From assembly GCF_000485595.1 (NCBI RefSeq), contig NW_014577074.1, positions 1,191,732-1,241,588 on the forward strand: DNA of 49,857 nucleotides. The letters are read 5' to 3'. Every line of letters begins with the position of its first letter. The stretch's first letter is position 1. Positions 1-11,312 of this stretch are shown here, one piece after another. Below the pieces are notes generated by a model. It did no database searches. It saw only the letters and a list, made by a program, of their open reading frames with translations, and was not told where the DNA came from. The stretch comes from Priapulus caudatus. Taxonomy: Eukaryota. Position numbers and translations under genes: made by a program.

Positions 1-2
1 CT

Positions 3-167
3 AATGACAACCCAAATTACAAGCAGTTTATGTACGGTATGAACACCATCATATTAACCGCAGACACTGTAAACAGCAGTCATTGCAACACTGGAGTAGC
101 ATCAGAGCCCTTCTCATGTCGAGTGCTGAAACCCATCAATCCGAAGAAACAGAAGAGTGATGCTTAG
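3..167 (+). CDS. C-terminal end of a P-element/THAP9-like transposase (5' part outside window)
   Basis: Frame from nt 3 reads NDNPNYKQFMYGMNTIILTADTVNSSHCNTG...KKQKSDA*, with stop at 165-167. NDNP-x3-QF resembles the N(D/N)NP..QF motif that follows the catalytic Glu of P-superfamily transposases. Not in the ORF track because it is truncated by the window edge. Confidence 0.6.
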   Translation, partial: NDNPNYKQFMYGMNTIILTADTVNSSHCNTGVASEPFSCRVLKPINPKKQKSDA

Positions 168-207
168 CGGAACGCAGGTATTATTCTCCAGGTACGAATA
201 ATTGTTA

Positions 208-346
208 AGGTCCGTCTCCACACACGCGGCACGGCACGGAATGCCACGGCTCAAATACAATGCGCGAAATCACAATGCATTTCTTTCAGCACAACAGCGC
301 TGCGTTTTGCTGTGTCGTGTCATACCGCGTGTGTGGAGACATAGCT
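208..346. mobile_element. Harbinger/Tourist-like MITE
   Basis: Inverted ends aggtccgtctccacacacgcgg / ccgcgtgtgtggagacatagct; TTA on both flanks (205-207, 347-349). Confidence 0.7.
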
Positions 347-381
347 TTAGGGTTATGATTACACAACGATTGATCTACTGT

Positions 382-3300
382 TTACTGTTGCATGTTAAAG
401 CATTTTGGGCATGTCCACGGCTCGTCACTCGCAGAAACTTCAGCCCAATTTTTATCATCGAGTAAGCCAGCACATTCTCTGTGTAGCCAAGCTCCACATA
501 TATCACAACCAACACATGGGGAGTCCCCCACATCCTTGCTGCACGTGGGGCAGATGTAAGCTGGTTCTTGTGCGATCTGTCTTTCAGACCTGGAGCGCTT
601 TCCTTTTCCTTTCCCTTTTCCAGCAGCACTTGCCCTTTTCCTTGTAGTTGGTTGAGGTTCTATTGTTGGTGTCATTGTATGGTGTTGAAGGCCAGAGGGA
701 CCAGGCTGTGGCTCATCACAAGTCGCTGGCAGGACATCTGCAGTCGAGGTGATGGGTGAAGATGCTCCAAACGCATTCGGTTCTGACATGCTGTCTACTG
801 CAAGTATTCTTGCGCAGAGGTCCTCCGCAAGTTGTGTTTTCAATCTCCGTGTTCGCCATGGTAGAGTGTAGGCACTGAAAAAGGTTTTTAGCTCTTCCTT
901 TGAATACGTGCGAGCAGAGAAGAAGTTGGGGTTGGATCTTAAAATGCTCTGGAGTTGAAGATGCGTCAGTTGTTTCCTTTCTGATGTGTCTGCTGCAATT
1001 GTGGCCGAAGACAGTTTAGCAGTTAGGTCTTTTTCTTTCTGGTGTCTCATTTGAATTTGCCGCCTGTGGGACTCCGTTTTCTTTTGACCGTAGGACCTGA
1101 TGAGATCTTTTCTGAAGTAGTTGCTTGCAACCAGGACAAATGAATGGACGATCTTCCGAAACAGAGTATCAAGGCTGGCACTTTCTGTAACATCCGTGGA
1201 AAGAAATAATGCCCTCCATGCCTCCTTCAACTCTGCTGTGTCGAGAAGTTGCGCTTCAACAACAGAAATGACATCCTGTTGCTCGACCTCAAACCGGCCT
1301 TTGGTTTCTAAATGCACACGGTGTTTCTCTAGTAGCAAGAAAAACCGAAAGGCGTTGTCACTGATGTTGTACAGTGACTGTCGTATATTCTGCTTCCGAG
1401 CAGTTTCTTCCAGTGTTTCTGGCATCTCACTTGTTTTGTGAAGATCTGCATAGGATGCAGTGAGACAGTCCAGATAGTTTAGTGTTTCAACTGTACTCTT
1501 ACAGATCATTTTCTGATGTGACCCTTCAGCATACATGAGGCGTCGCCAACTGTTGCGATGTTTAGATGTTAGTTTGGCTACACATCGACCAGCCACATAC
1601 CGTATCTTTCCCATTCCCTCTGCGCTTAGCTGCAGTTCATCCAGTGGAAGAATGTCAAGTTCAGCTTGCTGCTTTTTTACGGCATGAGAAGTTGCTGTTT
1701 CTAAGACTACGCGGCCAATGATTTCGGCGGCTGTGTAGCTGAACAGCATTCGGCCGGCATCTTGCTGTGCCAGGGTACATTCCATCAGCGATGCATAGCT
1801 TTGCCTGTATGCGTCAGAACCGAAGAAGGTGTGTCTGCTGGCGTGGAATGTGGTGAGATCTTTGCATTTGATTGGTGCTTCTGGCTGGAGTTGCGATAGA
1901 TGCTGCGCGAAGCTATTACAAATACCAATCCAGGTTTGATTAATGTAATTTTGCATCCTCTCTTTCCCAGAATGAAGTAGAGCATCACCAATGGCAATCC
2001 ACTGCAGATCAATAGGATACACCGGATCTCTTGGCCGCAGCTCGGCTAGCAAGTCATCGACTGACAGAGGACACTGGTCAGGAAGTATCTCTCGAATGCT
2101 TTCGGCGAGGCATCCACTCTCCATCACAGTGTCTTCTTCTGCTGCTTGCTGAACTATCACATCAGGAATGGTGGCCAGCATTTCGTCAATCTGAAGCATT
2201 TCGCTTTCAGAAAATGAGGAGCCACTGTCATCTGCTGTAGGTGCCAACACATCCGATGGTACTGCGTGCGGTGTTTTGCAGCAACTGAGGTCAGCTTGCG
2301 CATCGCTGTTCGTGAGCTGTTCGTAAAACTCGTTTACCTCCGAGGGATGTGGAGTCAGCAAGTGTGGACTGAAGCCGACCACTCGAAGTCCTGACCTGCT
2401 CGTGACTCTCCCGACAGCGACTCCGAGTTGGCCTGCTGCAAATATGTGCTGGCAGTGCACCTCCACAGATGGCAGTGTCATGCCCTGGCACTTGTGGATG
2501 GTCAAGGCAAATGCCAGACGTAATGGCAGCTGCTTCCTGGTTGCAGTGACCTTCTGCTGTGATGGGGAGTAAATCGTGAAAGTGTGAGGTGTGATGTTTA
2601 CCACCTCTTCTGAGCCTTTCACGTGGAATTTCACCAGGGGCCCTGCAGATGTAATTGCATGTACTTCACCCATGATGCCATTGAACAATCGGTCCGAAAG
2701 GTTTGCAGTGAGAACCACTGGTGCACCGACTTTCAAGGCGACGTACTTCGGTATCTTGGACCTTGTCAGGCTTCGCAAGTCTCCGGAATCTTTCGCCGTG
2801 TACGTAGTGTGCTTTCCTTGGAGCTGGTTCAGCTTTTCTGCATTAAAGATATCTGTTTCGAAATTGCGCGAAAACAGAACAGTGGTACGTGTGGATTGTT
2901 GTTGTTGCAGAGGGCGAGATACTTCTGTCAACAATGAAGAAGAGGCTTCCGATAGATGCTGGCCTGAAGCGAGTTCATTGATGCAGGTGATCAACGTTGC
3001 ATCTTGCTGGCGAAGAACTTGGTCCAGTAGCACCTTATGGGAGAAACTGCTAAAAACAGGAGACAAGAAACAATAGTGGCCGTTGTCTCCATATTCTGGG
3101 CTTACAACAGGTGGCAGTTGGTAAAAGTCGCCAGCCATGATGACTTGTATGCCGCCAAAGCGCAGATTTGAAGACCTGACTACTCGGCAAATTGATTCGA
3201 ACGACTCAAGAGTTAGCTGGCTCAGCATAGAGATCTCGTCAATGATGACGGCATCTGCAGATTGTATGTTTAGTTTCGCAGATCTGTATGCTTCGTCGGT

Positions 3301-3407
3301 ACTAATGAGATGAGCCAAGTACTCGGCACTGAAGCGCCCATCACCAATTCCTGACCACTTGTGGAGGGTGGTTCCTCCATAGTCATGTAGTGCGCTAGCG
3401 GATACAC
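382..3407 (-). CDS. Pif1-family SF1B helicase with C-terminal P-transposase-like segment, SAP-like motif and PHD finger (last large exon; Walker A exon not found)
   Basis: Acceptor tttttacag at 3408-3409, then (G)VSASALHDYGGTTLHKWSGIGDG. Pif1 motifs: IIDEISML, FGGIQVIMAGDFYQLPPV, VLRQQD, LFNGIMGEV, RKQLPLRLAFALTIHKCQGMTL, GQLGVAVGRVTS. C-terminal CPTC..CVGCDICGAWLHRECAG..WTCPKC is a C4HC3 PHD. Confidence 0.9.
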
Positions 3408-3727
3408 CTGTAAAAACGTATCAGCTCCGTTTATAGCAAAGGTTTTTTTTAAGCCGGAGTAAACTTTTCCTATGCAGTAAGAAATCCATTTACTAGTTTA
3501 ATTATGCTAATCACATTTCATTTTGAAGTAATATTTGTTAGGTTATTTATAATATTATGTTATAAATTGTTTGTTATACCACAAAACATTTCCATTAAAG
3601 TGGCAGAAATAATCTGGTTGAACGTTTCAATGTCTAATACCGTTGACACACCGAAATTTCAATGCGCTTTGATGCGCATTGATATGTGCTTCAACGCGGT
3701 TGTGTTCACACCAGATACGGTTGTAAT

Positions 3728-4202
3728 TAGGACTGTCATCGATGCACACCACATCGATAAATCGCGATGTATTTGCGTCCGATATCGATATCGAAATAAA
3801 TCGTAAAATAGTGATCTGATTTTTTTTTTGCTAAATTGTAGCCAGCGAAGCATCGATAGCATTTTTTACTGAGCGCCGCCATTATCAGAAGTAGTGCAGG
3901 GCGCATGCATACAGAGACAATCAATAACTGTGGTGTTCTATTGTCTCTGGTGCGTATCCTGTCTCACTCATCTCTATAATAAAATCTGTCTACCGTAAAA
4001 GCATGTCTGCTGCTTCGCCGCAGTGATAATAAATGATAAAATGCATAGTTATCATAAGTAGAACACAATACATGAGTTTACTGTACTTTCACGGCTCATG
4101 TTTTATTACATAATTATCGAATCGGATCAAATCGGATCGAAATATCGAGAGAAAAAAAATCAATAATCGAATCGAAATAATTTGATACCAAAGACACCCC
4201 TA
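3728..4202. mobile_element. hAT-like non-autonomous element
   Basis: 8-bp TSD gttgtaat (3720-3727, 4203-4210); ends taggactgtc / gacaccccta; internal atcga motifs. Confidence 0.75.
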
Positions 4203-4219
4203 GTTGTAATGCGCATCAA

Positions 4220-4615
4220 TGATTTGATTTTTTTGATTTATTTATTTCGATAATTACTACAGCATACATTACATCGATAACAGCATAAATAAACAAAATG
4301 CAGCTAGAAAATTATCGAGGATGAAAACACAAAAAAGCGTGGCTAACACACTTATTTCCATTGTGGTCCAACATAACATTGTACGTACTATACTATAAAC
4401 TATAGCAAATATATACCCGCGATCCCCAAAATTTCTTAGTGATTTTTACAGTACAAAACATTGAAATACAGCATAAAGAAAAAATATATACAAAAAAAAT
4501 AAAAATAAACTTCAGCATATTATGTACAAGTAAAGTGATTAAAGTAAGTGATTGAGCACTCACTCACATTTGTATAGATATAAACGTATTGAAAAGTGCA
4601 ATAGTGTTGGGCAGT
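4220..4615 (-). mobile_element. 3' end of a Crack/L2-type LINE (degenerate)
   Basis: gatttgatt...gatttatttatt tail plus the motif ggatgaaaacacaaaaaagc...ttatttccattgtggtcc, homologous to 18870-18920. Confidence 0.45.
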
Positions 4616-4694
4616 TAAAATGGTAATTTTGAGTGATACAGTACAAAGCAGTGCACAGTACGTGTACGTGACTGTAGGTGTCTGAGTGCTAATC

Positions 4695-4732
4695 ATGGCA
4701 ACGTTAGAAATGAAAAGTTATATTAGTAATTG
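4695..4732 (+). CDS. RFX-like winged-helix protein, coding exon 1 (MATLEMKSYISN-W)
   Basis: aatcATGgca start; ends TG|gtaagt (consensus donor, phase 2). Joins G at 5012 to form the Trp that begins RFX-type domains. Confidence 0.65.
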
Positions 4733-5011
4733 GTAAGTCTTTTCGTTTACTTTTAGTATGTAAATTATTGCAAATATATATGCAATTTTGATATACTCTT
4801 GGTAGATACAATTTTTTTTATAGTATTAGTACGTGTAGTGTACTAATCATGGCAGCAATTTCAACGTTAGAAATGTACCTGCTAAGTCGTTTCGTTTACT
4901 TTTATTATGCAAACCACAGATACTTTTGGATTTTTATGCACTATACTATAATTTTGATATACTCGATCTTATTCAATTGACTTACATATAATTTTCTTTT
5001 TATTCCACAAG

Positions 5012-5579
5012 GCTTAAAAGAGAGCTGGTCATTGATAAACAAGGTTATCTAGCAGCACATGATGTTTTCACAAGCTTTATGAAGTCTTGTTCTAACCCAA
5101 CCGTATCAAAGGTCCTTTTTGGAACACATCTAAAATTAATATTTCCTGGCATTACTTCTTCTGTAAAAAGAAAGGGTGAAAATACTGTAAGAATATATCG
5201 TGGCGTCTCATACCGGCACCAGCAACCAGAAGACGCGATTAGCCTGCATGACATTGCATTGCGAATGAAACCTTGTTGGCAAGTAGTCGCGAAAAATGAC
5301 AGCAGTATCAAAATTACGTCTACTGTTGGTATTATCAACCAGCAGAGAGTTGTTAAAGAATTAGAAGTGTATAGAAATGGTCACTGGAATTTAAGTTTGG
5401 GAGTCGTCTGTGTGCTGACTAGTGGCCAAACGAGTCTGCTGTCACCTGAGGATGGCATGTTTCGTGTCCAGGATGTGGACAACCTACTCCGCATGGTTGA
5501 TAATGCAGAAATGTGCAAAGGATTGCCATTGGGAGTGTCAACTACAGGCCGACAGCCAGGTGCTCATACCTTGCTTTGA
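5012..5579 (+). CDS. RFX-like winged-helix protein, exon 2 (downstream exons not found)
   Basis: Acceptor ttttctttttattccacaag. WLKRELVIDKQGYLAAHDVFTSFMKSC..VSKVLFGTHLKLIFPGITSSVKRKGENTVRIYRGVSYR aligns by eye to the RFX DBD pattern (WL..Y..G..LPR..Y..C..V.AASFGKLIRSVF.GL.TRR.G....YHY.GL). Weak donor possible at 5560, otherwise stop at 5579. Confidence 0.65.
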
Positions 5580-6580
5580 CTTAATTTACTTTATGGATTT
5601 TACTTTTCAATACAATTATTTTGAGAAGTAATTACACTGGAGTGCTCTGTGTTGTGTGCAGTATTCGAGGTGCAGTGAAATTCAAATTTTGCGTGCGCTG
5701 ATTTAACGAGAATTCGAATATAAAGTGATATAGACATTTTTTTGCTCTTTCAAAAACTAGAAAATATTTTGGTGAGTTAAACCGGCCTTAGTCTCTATCG
5801 CTATCAATAGAACATAAACGTGCAAAAAACGGGTCAACTAGGGCAAAAATATGGGTGTTTTGGAATGTTAGGTCACCATTGGACTGGTTTATAGTACTCT
5901 GATTTTCTGCAACCCCGCTTTTTTCGCAATAACATTTCACGGACCTCAACGACTCCATTATAACGGGGCCATACTGTAAAGAGTCTTACAATAGCCCCTG
6001 GTTCTCGCTTGTATCTGTGGCGTTGCAGGAGGCCTGATAGACTCGCTGTGATTTGTCAGTCGCCTCGTCCGGAACCGGTCACGTAGCCACGGCCTATTAT
6101 GCCCACGCATACACATACATTATTACATACATGTATATGTATATATATATATATATGTATATAAATATACATATAATAATATATATAACACGACTGTCAT
6201 TAAGAGTATACCTGTTGCTGTTAGACTACATTAATGGTAGAACCTATTTGTAATTGAGCTAAGCATCGAACTGGATTAAATGGTACACTATAAGGTCCAG
6301 TACCAACAGGCCAACTCTGGCTTTTCACCAATGACTGTGGCAAACGTCCTAACAGAAGTAAAGTAACGTAAAAGTTCACTAGTATTGGTATGACTGATAA
6401 TGTCAGAGGGAAAACACAATAGAGATATATATCAATTATATACTGATATAAATAATGTCCAATATAAATAAATTGGTAGAAGTCCACAATTACAGGTATT
6501 TTATGATTGATGGTCTTCTGGGAAAAAAAGTTTTGTACTGTAATACTAATAGCATTTAGCAGGAAGCTATGTATCATTAT

Positions 6581-6761
6581 GGTCACATGTCAACTTGACC
6601 GGCCAACAAACCCGCCCAGTGTGGCGAGCTCACTCGTCTCGAGGTGGGACAGCTCATCTCGGAGGTCGAAATTACCCTCCTGGAGATCGGCCAGCTCGAC
6701 TCGCCAGGCTAACACGTGGATGGATGGATGAATAGCTAGATAGCCAGTCTGACAGACAGAC

Positions 6762-6793
<32 letters not shown>

Positions 6794-6987
6794 GTATAGG
6801 TAGAAACTTAAACAATTCGATCAATCTAGCTATACACATTTCCAAACGGTCAATGGATAGATGGAGTCGAGCTGCCCGATCTCCAGGAGGGTAATTTCGA
6901 CCTACGAGATGAGCTGTCCCACCTCCAGACGAGTGAGCTCGCCATAAAGCTGGCCGAGTTGATGCGTGGGTCGATTGACCGGTGCCC
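6581..6987. mobile_element. Mutator-like (9-bp TSD) MITE with internal (GATA)n
   Basis: TSD tatcattat (6572-6580, 6988-6996); ends ggtcacatgtcaac / ttgaccggtgccc; inverted arms ~6622-6702 vs ~6864-6944. Confidence 0.8.
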
Positions 6988-8026
6988 TATCATTATATCA
7001 GGCATGAGACATGAGGCAGATTTCAGGCCATTTTAGAACTCCAGAGACCATTTCTGAGATCAGTGTAGATTCGATGAGAATTTTTTTTTTTGGGGGGAGG
7101 TAAGAATACCTTCGTGGTCTCTGACGATCGCGTACATGTGAACACACTGTGACTCGGTAACTATCCGGAGCGCTTCTACTCGTATCATTGTCTTAATGTA
7201 TGCTTGGTAACATAATGATAAAAGCAGGGTACGGCCAAACTTTAGTTGCCATTCAAGAAACGTGCGTGGGATGTTCGGACGCACAGGTTAGCACAGGTTC
7301 CTGAATCCAGTAGCAGCGTTGGCATACCAAAAATCGATAAGATGTGGGTGGAGCTTACTTTTGGCCAACTAGGTAGTGAACCTTACATTCAAACTCCACG
7401 ACAGATGGCGCCCTCGCTCATGGGCTCAATCTACTGATATGCGTACTATCTCGTATCCTGAGTGTACGAAGGTGCACTGCATGCAGTTTGCCTTACATTG
7501 TGTTGGCCAGGGTTTATTTACGTGCACGGGTCGAGCAGCACGCTCACTGTTCACGTGCGCTAGGTTGTGGAATAATTCGCACATCCCCGCGCATTTCACG
7601 TTTGGATGTAAACAATAAAGTATCACTGCTAGTTAACAAACGATCAGTATACTGTTTTAAAATAATATTAAGAAGATTTAGGTAATATATCATGTTGAAT
7701 TATACAGTAAATAATAATAATTGTCTCAAGTTTTAACACACATAAGTCACTGTAGCTGCAAAGCACGTCGTATTACTTACTAGTCATGCAAACAGCAGTA
7801 CAGCCTCGTCACACCACTTAGGTTTAACCGTTTTTGTTGGGTCATATTGTTTTTAAAGTTTGGAAAAACTATATACATTTTATACAGGGTGTAGCTAAAT
7901 AAAAGCTTCCCTACGTAATAGCTTGTATGTCTACAAAATACATTTACTTTGGACACACTCAACACAGATGGAATTCCCCAGTGCCCATCAAAATTTTACA
8001 GTAGGTAAATTTTACATAATTTTTTC

Positions 8027-8160
8027 CTTTTCCACCAAAAAGTGTTGCTAGTTGTAAGCTATTGGAGTACCCTGAAATGGCTCTAGATTGCATCTCAGAG
8101 CTTATAATTTTCAAAAATTTTCTGGGGGCGCATGCCCCAAACCCCCTATAGAAGTTCCCC
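8027..8160. repeat. Interspersed repeat fragment (hAT-MITE-like internal sequence)
   Basis: tccaccaaaaagtgttgctagttgtaagctattggagtaccctgaaatggctctagattgcatctcagagctt recurs nearly identically at ~46722-46835. Confidence 0.7.
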
Positions 8161-8237
8161 CCCTTCACCCCCCCTCCTTTTTCCCTTTTCAGCATTTGTC
8201 TGTTATATGCGTTTTTTGTAAATTATATAATTCATTT

Positions 8238-9545
8238 ATTTTTAGCTCATCTGACGTAGTCAGATGCAGCTTGTAGAATCGCATGAGCGTGCGTCCGTCC
8301 GTCCGTGCGTCCGTCCGTCCGTGCGTCCGGCCGTCCGTCTGTGCGTCAACAGTTGGGCACAAATCTTAACCGCTCGACGTACGGTCACGATATTCGGGAC
8401 ATGGGGGGGTAATCCGAAAACGAGTTGGGATGTCGAAGCTGGGAATCAAAGGTCAAAGGTCAAGAGGTGTAAAAGAAGGAGGAACATTCCCTCCTTAACT
8501 TAAGGTATAGGGAGGAAATGCAGAATTGCCGCACAAATCTAAACGGCTCGACCTAGGCTCGTGATAGTCGGTGTATAGCATCATGGTAGGAAAAGCCATC
8601 ACTGTGCCGAAATTGGAGGTCGCAGGTCAAAGGTCAATGGGCACAGGGCAGATTTTAGACATTTTCTGAGGACATGGTCTGACGGAGCGATTGGAAAACT
8701 TTTTTGTTTCAGTGGTGACCTACCATTTTTATGGCTTTATTGAAAGGACCATGAAATTGAAATGTGCTTTCCACTGACGTGCGAAGAGTAAGTGTCTGAT
8801 AACCTTTTGACCCTGAAAGGGAGGGTTCAACATGGATTTGTTGACTGTTAACAAAGGACTGTCAAACTGCTTTTGCTATTATTAGACCCCATACCTGTGT
8901 GGATGTGAGGCTACATTTGCAGTTCAATTGCAAAGACAAAAGTTTGTTGAACAAGGTTTACACTCCTTAAATCATATTATTTTCTAAAGCAGTCTGTATA
9001 TTAATAGCACCCTGAATGCTAGCGTGGCTACCGGCATCCGAAATGTAGGTAAAACCCCGGGGGCAATCCATTACTGATGCATGGGGGTGAACTGGCACTT
9101 TTCTAATAAACATGCACACCTGCAATGCAGATGTGTTTAATTTATTACTCACAGCTGAGCCAAATTGTCGCCTACCTGAATATACTTGGATTTTAGCCTG
9201 TACATTTCAGCAACTCAATGGAATTAGGTTATCTCTACTTTCTTGACTTATATCACCAATGCACGAAGGTCAATGCCATGTTTGATTATTGATTACACTT
9301 GCACGCGCCATCTCGCGGCAACTATAGGCCTAGTGATACATTATTACACGAATATATATGACAGTCGAGCAGGCATGAAGTAGGAGGCATTGTTAGGGTT
9401 TAGTTTTAGTGTTAATACCTATGCTACACAGTTTTGATGATGACGTAGCCGGTTTAGCGATAGAACAGGCTTTCAACCTGTTGCAGAAACGAAAGCCAGT
9501 ACAGTAGAGCAGCAGATGAGCCCTGTCGCTGTTGCGGCACTAGTT
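8238..9545 (+). mobile_element. Helentron-associated non-autonomous element (HINE/DINE-1-like), copy 1
   Basis: 5' tttagctcatctgac..gtcagatg, (GTCC)n microsatellite and two ~170-bp core repeats. 3' subterminal IR cagatgagc (9513) plus hairpin tgtcgc-tgtt-gcggca and ctagtt. Confidence 0.8.
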
Positions 9546-10035
9546 AGTATTTCTGCATCACGAATTGAACCAGTAGTAGCCACTGGTGTATTGCTATCTT
9601 ATAGCATTACTAGAAATCTGCATGACCTTCAATCAAAAAGATAATATATAACCATGCAATGAGATCCTCTTCTTTAATAGCATTTGTGTCCAGAATTGTG
9701 AAAATGTATAGTGGCATGTGAAAACATGCGTGTTGTGCATGCAAAGTAATGTTAATAAAATAAAATAATGCGTTGTAACTAAGACTATATAACGCCTTCA
9801 GACATGAAGATAAAATATAATTGGAATGTTTAAAACTCAATTTCACACAAGGATAGGATGATATTTCTAGTGTGTTACTTGTGTTTCTTCATCTATCCAT
9901 GTGGCAGGTATGTCATTTATGTGATGAAGTACAGAACATTTAGATAAGAGTACTTAGAACTTAGAAGTATGTGCATATATGTTTAGCTATCATAACTTTC
10001 CTTATGTATGTAGGGTTGAGAGCTGGGAGACACTG

Positions 10036-10212
10036 ATGATGAGTGCTTTGGCCAGGCCGATTACGTTTGCAGTGATGCGTGCAATGAAAATAGCTGCTGC
10101 CACTTCAATTGCTCGAAGAAGTCTACGGCATCCAGAATGCCTGACCGTCTCGACAATTCTTCGAATGATGTCATCTTCAGTCCAGTCCCAGCAGAAGTCA
10201 TCAACCAAACTG
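10036..10212 (+). CDS. GFM2: Mitochondrial ribosome-releasing factor 2 (EF-G2mt), coding exon 1 (transit peptide)
   Basis: MMSALARPITFAVMRAMK..SIARRSLR: Arg/Ser/Ala-rich, acid-poor presequence; phase-0 donor gtaaac at 10213; upstream acceptor at 10012-10013. Confidence 0.7.
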
Positions 10213-10614
10213 GTAAACCAGTTTTATACAGTATTAATTGTCATAGAAAATCCCAGTAATAGTGACGCACGTTCATCTAAGATGGAATGCAGAATCATTG
10301 GAAAAACTTCCATATACATCACACATGATTGCATAATCATTCTGTGTAAAAAAGGTAAAAAATTATTACTTAAATATTCTACCTGATAGCATGGATTCAG
10401 TATTAAAACATAATTTGTTGTTAATGTAGATGACATTAGACTAAAACCTAAAATTTAGATTGGATGCAGTGCTGATTGAATAATATCTTGCAGCTAGATT
10501 GTAGCATGGATACAATTACACATTACATGACCTTTTAGTGCAGAGAAGATGTCACTTCTAGATAAAATCTGAGTGATACTATTATCTATAAGCATTGATA
10601 TTGTTTGGGTGTAG

Positions 10615-10741
10615 GTTCATCTGGAAGAGGATTCACAGTCATCACGGATCCGTAACATTGGAATCATGGCTCACATAGATGCTGGAAAAACTACGACTAC
10701 TGAGCGCATGCTGTACTACTCTGGATATACGAAGTTTATGG
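10615..10741 (+). CDS. GFM2: EF-G2mt exon 2
   Basis: [27 protein letters not shown] (G1 motif); ag/gt boundaries. Confidence 0.93.
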
Positions 10742-10879
10742 GTAATAATCAGACCTGCACGTATATGAGATCAAATCATGGTAACAGATAACGGAAGCGA
10801 GCACATATTTATTGCTGTTAAATTCAATTTTGGGAAACGTAGACATAAAAAAGTAAAAGCATGTATATCTATCTCTAAG

Positions 10880-11008
10880 GTGAAGTGGACCATGGTGACA
10901 CAGTGATGGACTACATGAGCCAGGAGAGACAGCGAGGAATAACAATCACCTCAGCTGCAATCACGCTATTCTGGAAAAAACACAGAGTCAATGTTATTGA
11001 CACACCAG
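10880..11008 (+). CDS. GFM2: EF-G2mt exon 3
   Basis: [33 protein letters not shown]; phase-compatible ag/gt. Confidence 0.93.
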
Positions 11009-11312
11009 GTGATTACAATTATAAAGTTTATGGCATGCATTTATGTCAAAAATCACCAAAATATTTTCAGTTGATGTGCCAGTATGTGTATTAAGATGGA
11101 CTACCTATATGCGTTTGCTGATATAAGTTTTTTTCAACACGATATGATATTTAATATTGAGAAATTTCACGTTTAAACATCACGTGTAAATCAGAGCAGC
11201 TGACCCTCAGCTATATTGCAATTTTGTTTGTAGACATATTTACTAATAAATCTATTATACAAATAGGCATATGTCAACATCCTAATGATTGCTTCGCTTT
11301 ACAACACTGCAG

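Noticed and set aside
405..3076. Plus-strand ORFs overlapping the helicase (e.g. 1121-1441, 2591-3076)
   Set aside because: Antisense shadows of the long coding exon with no recognisable motifs.
382..3407. Helitron RepHel as the identity of the Pif1 ORF
   Set aside because: No HUH Rep motifs seen. The helicase is N-terminal and followed by a long unrelated region and a PHD, unlike the Helitron Rep-Hel order.
5650..5978. Possible pogo/Tigger-like element ending ataacggggccatactg|ta
   Set aside because: Only one plausible terminus; no matching TIR or TA-flanked left end found.
6221..7626. ORFs considered as the missing helicase Walker A exon
   Set aside because: No GxxGxGK(S/T) motif or phase-compatible donor.
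9979..10386. 135-aa ORF as a stand-alone gene
   Set aside because: It is GFM2 coding exon 1 plus intronic read-through.
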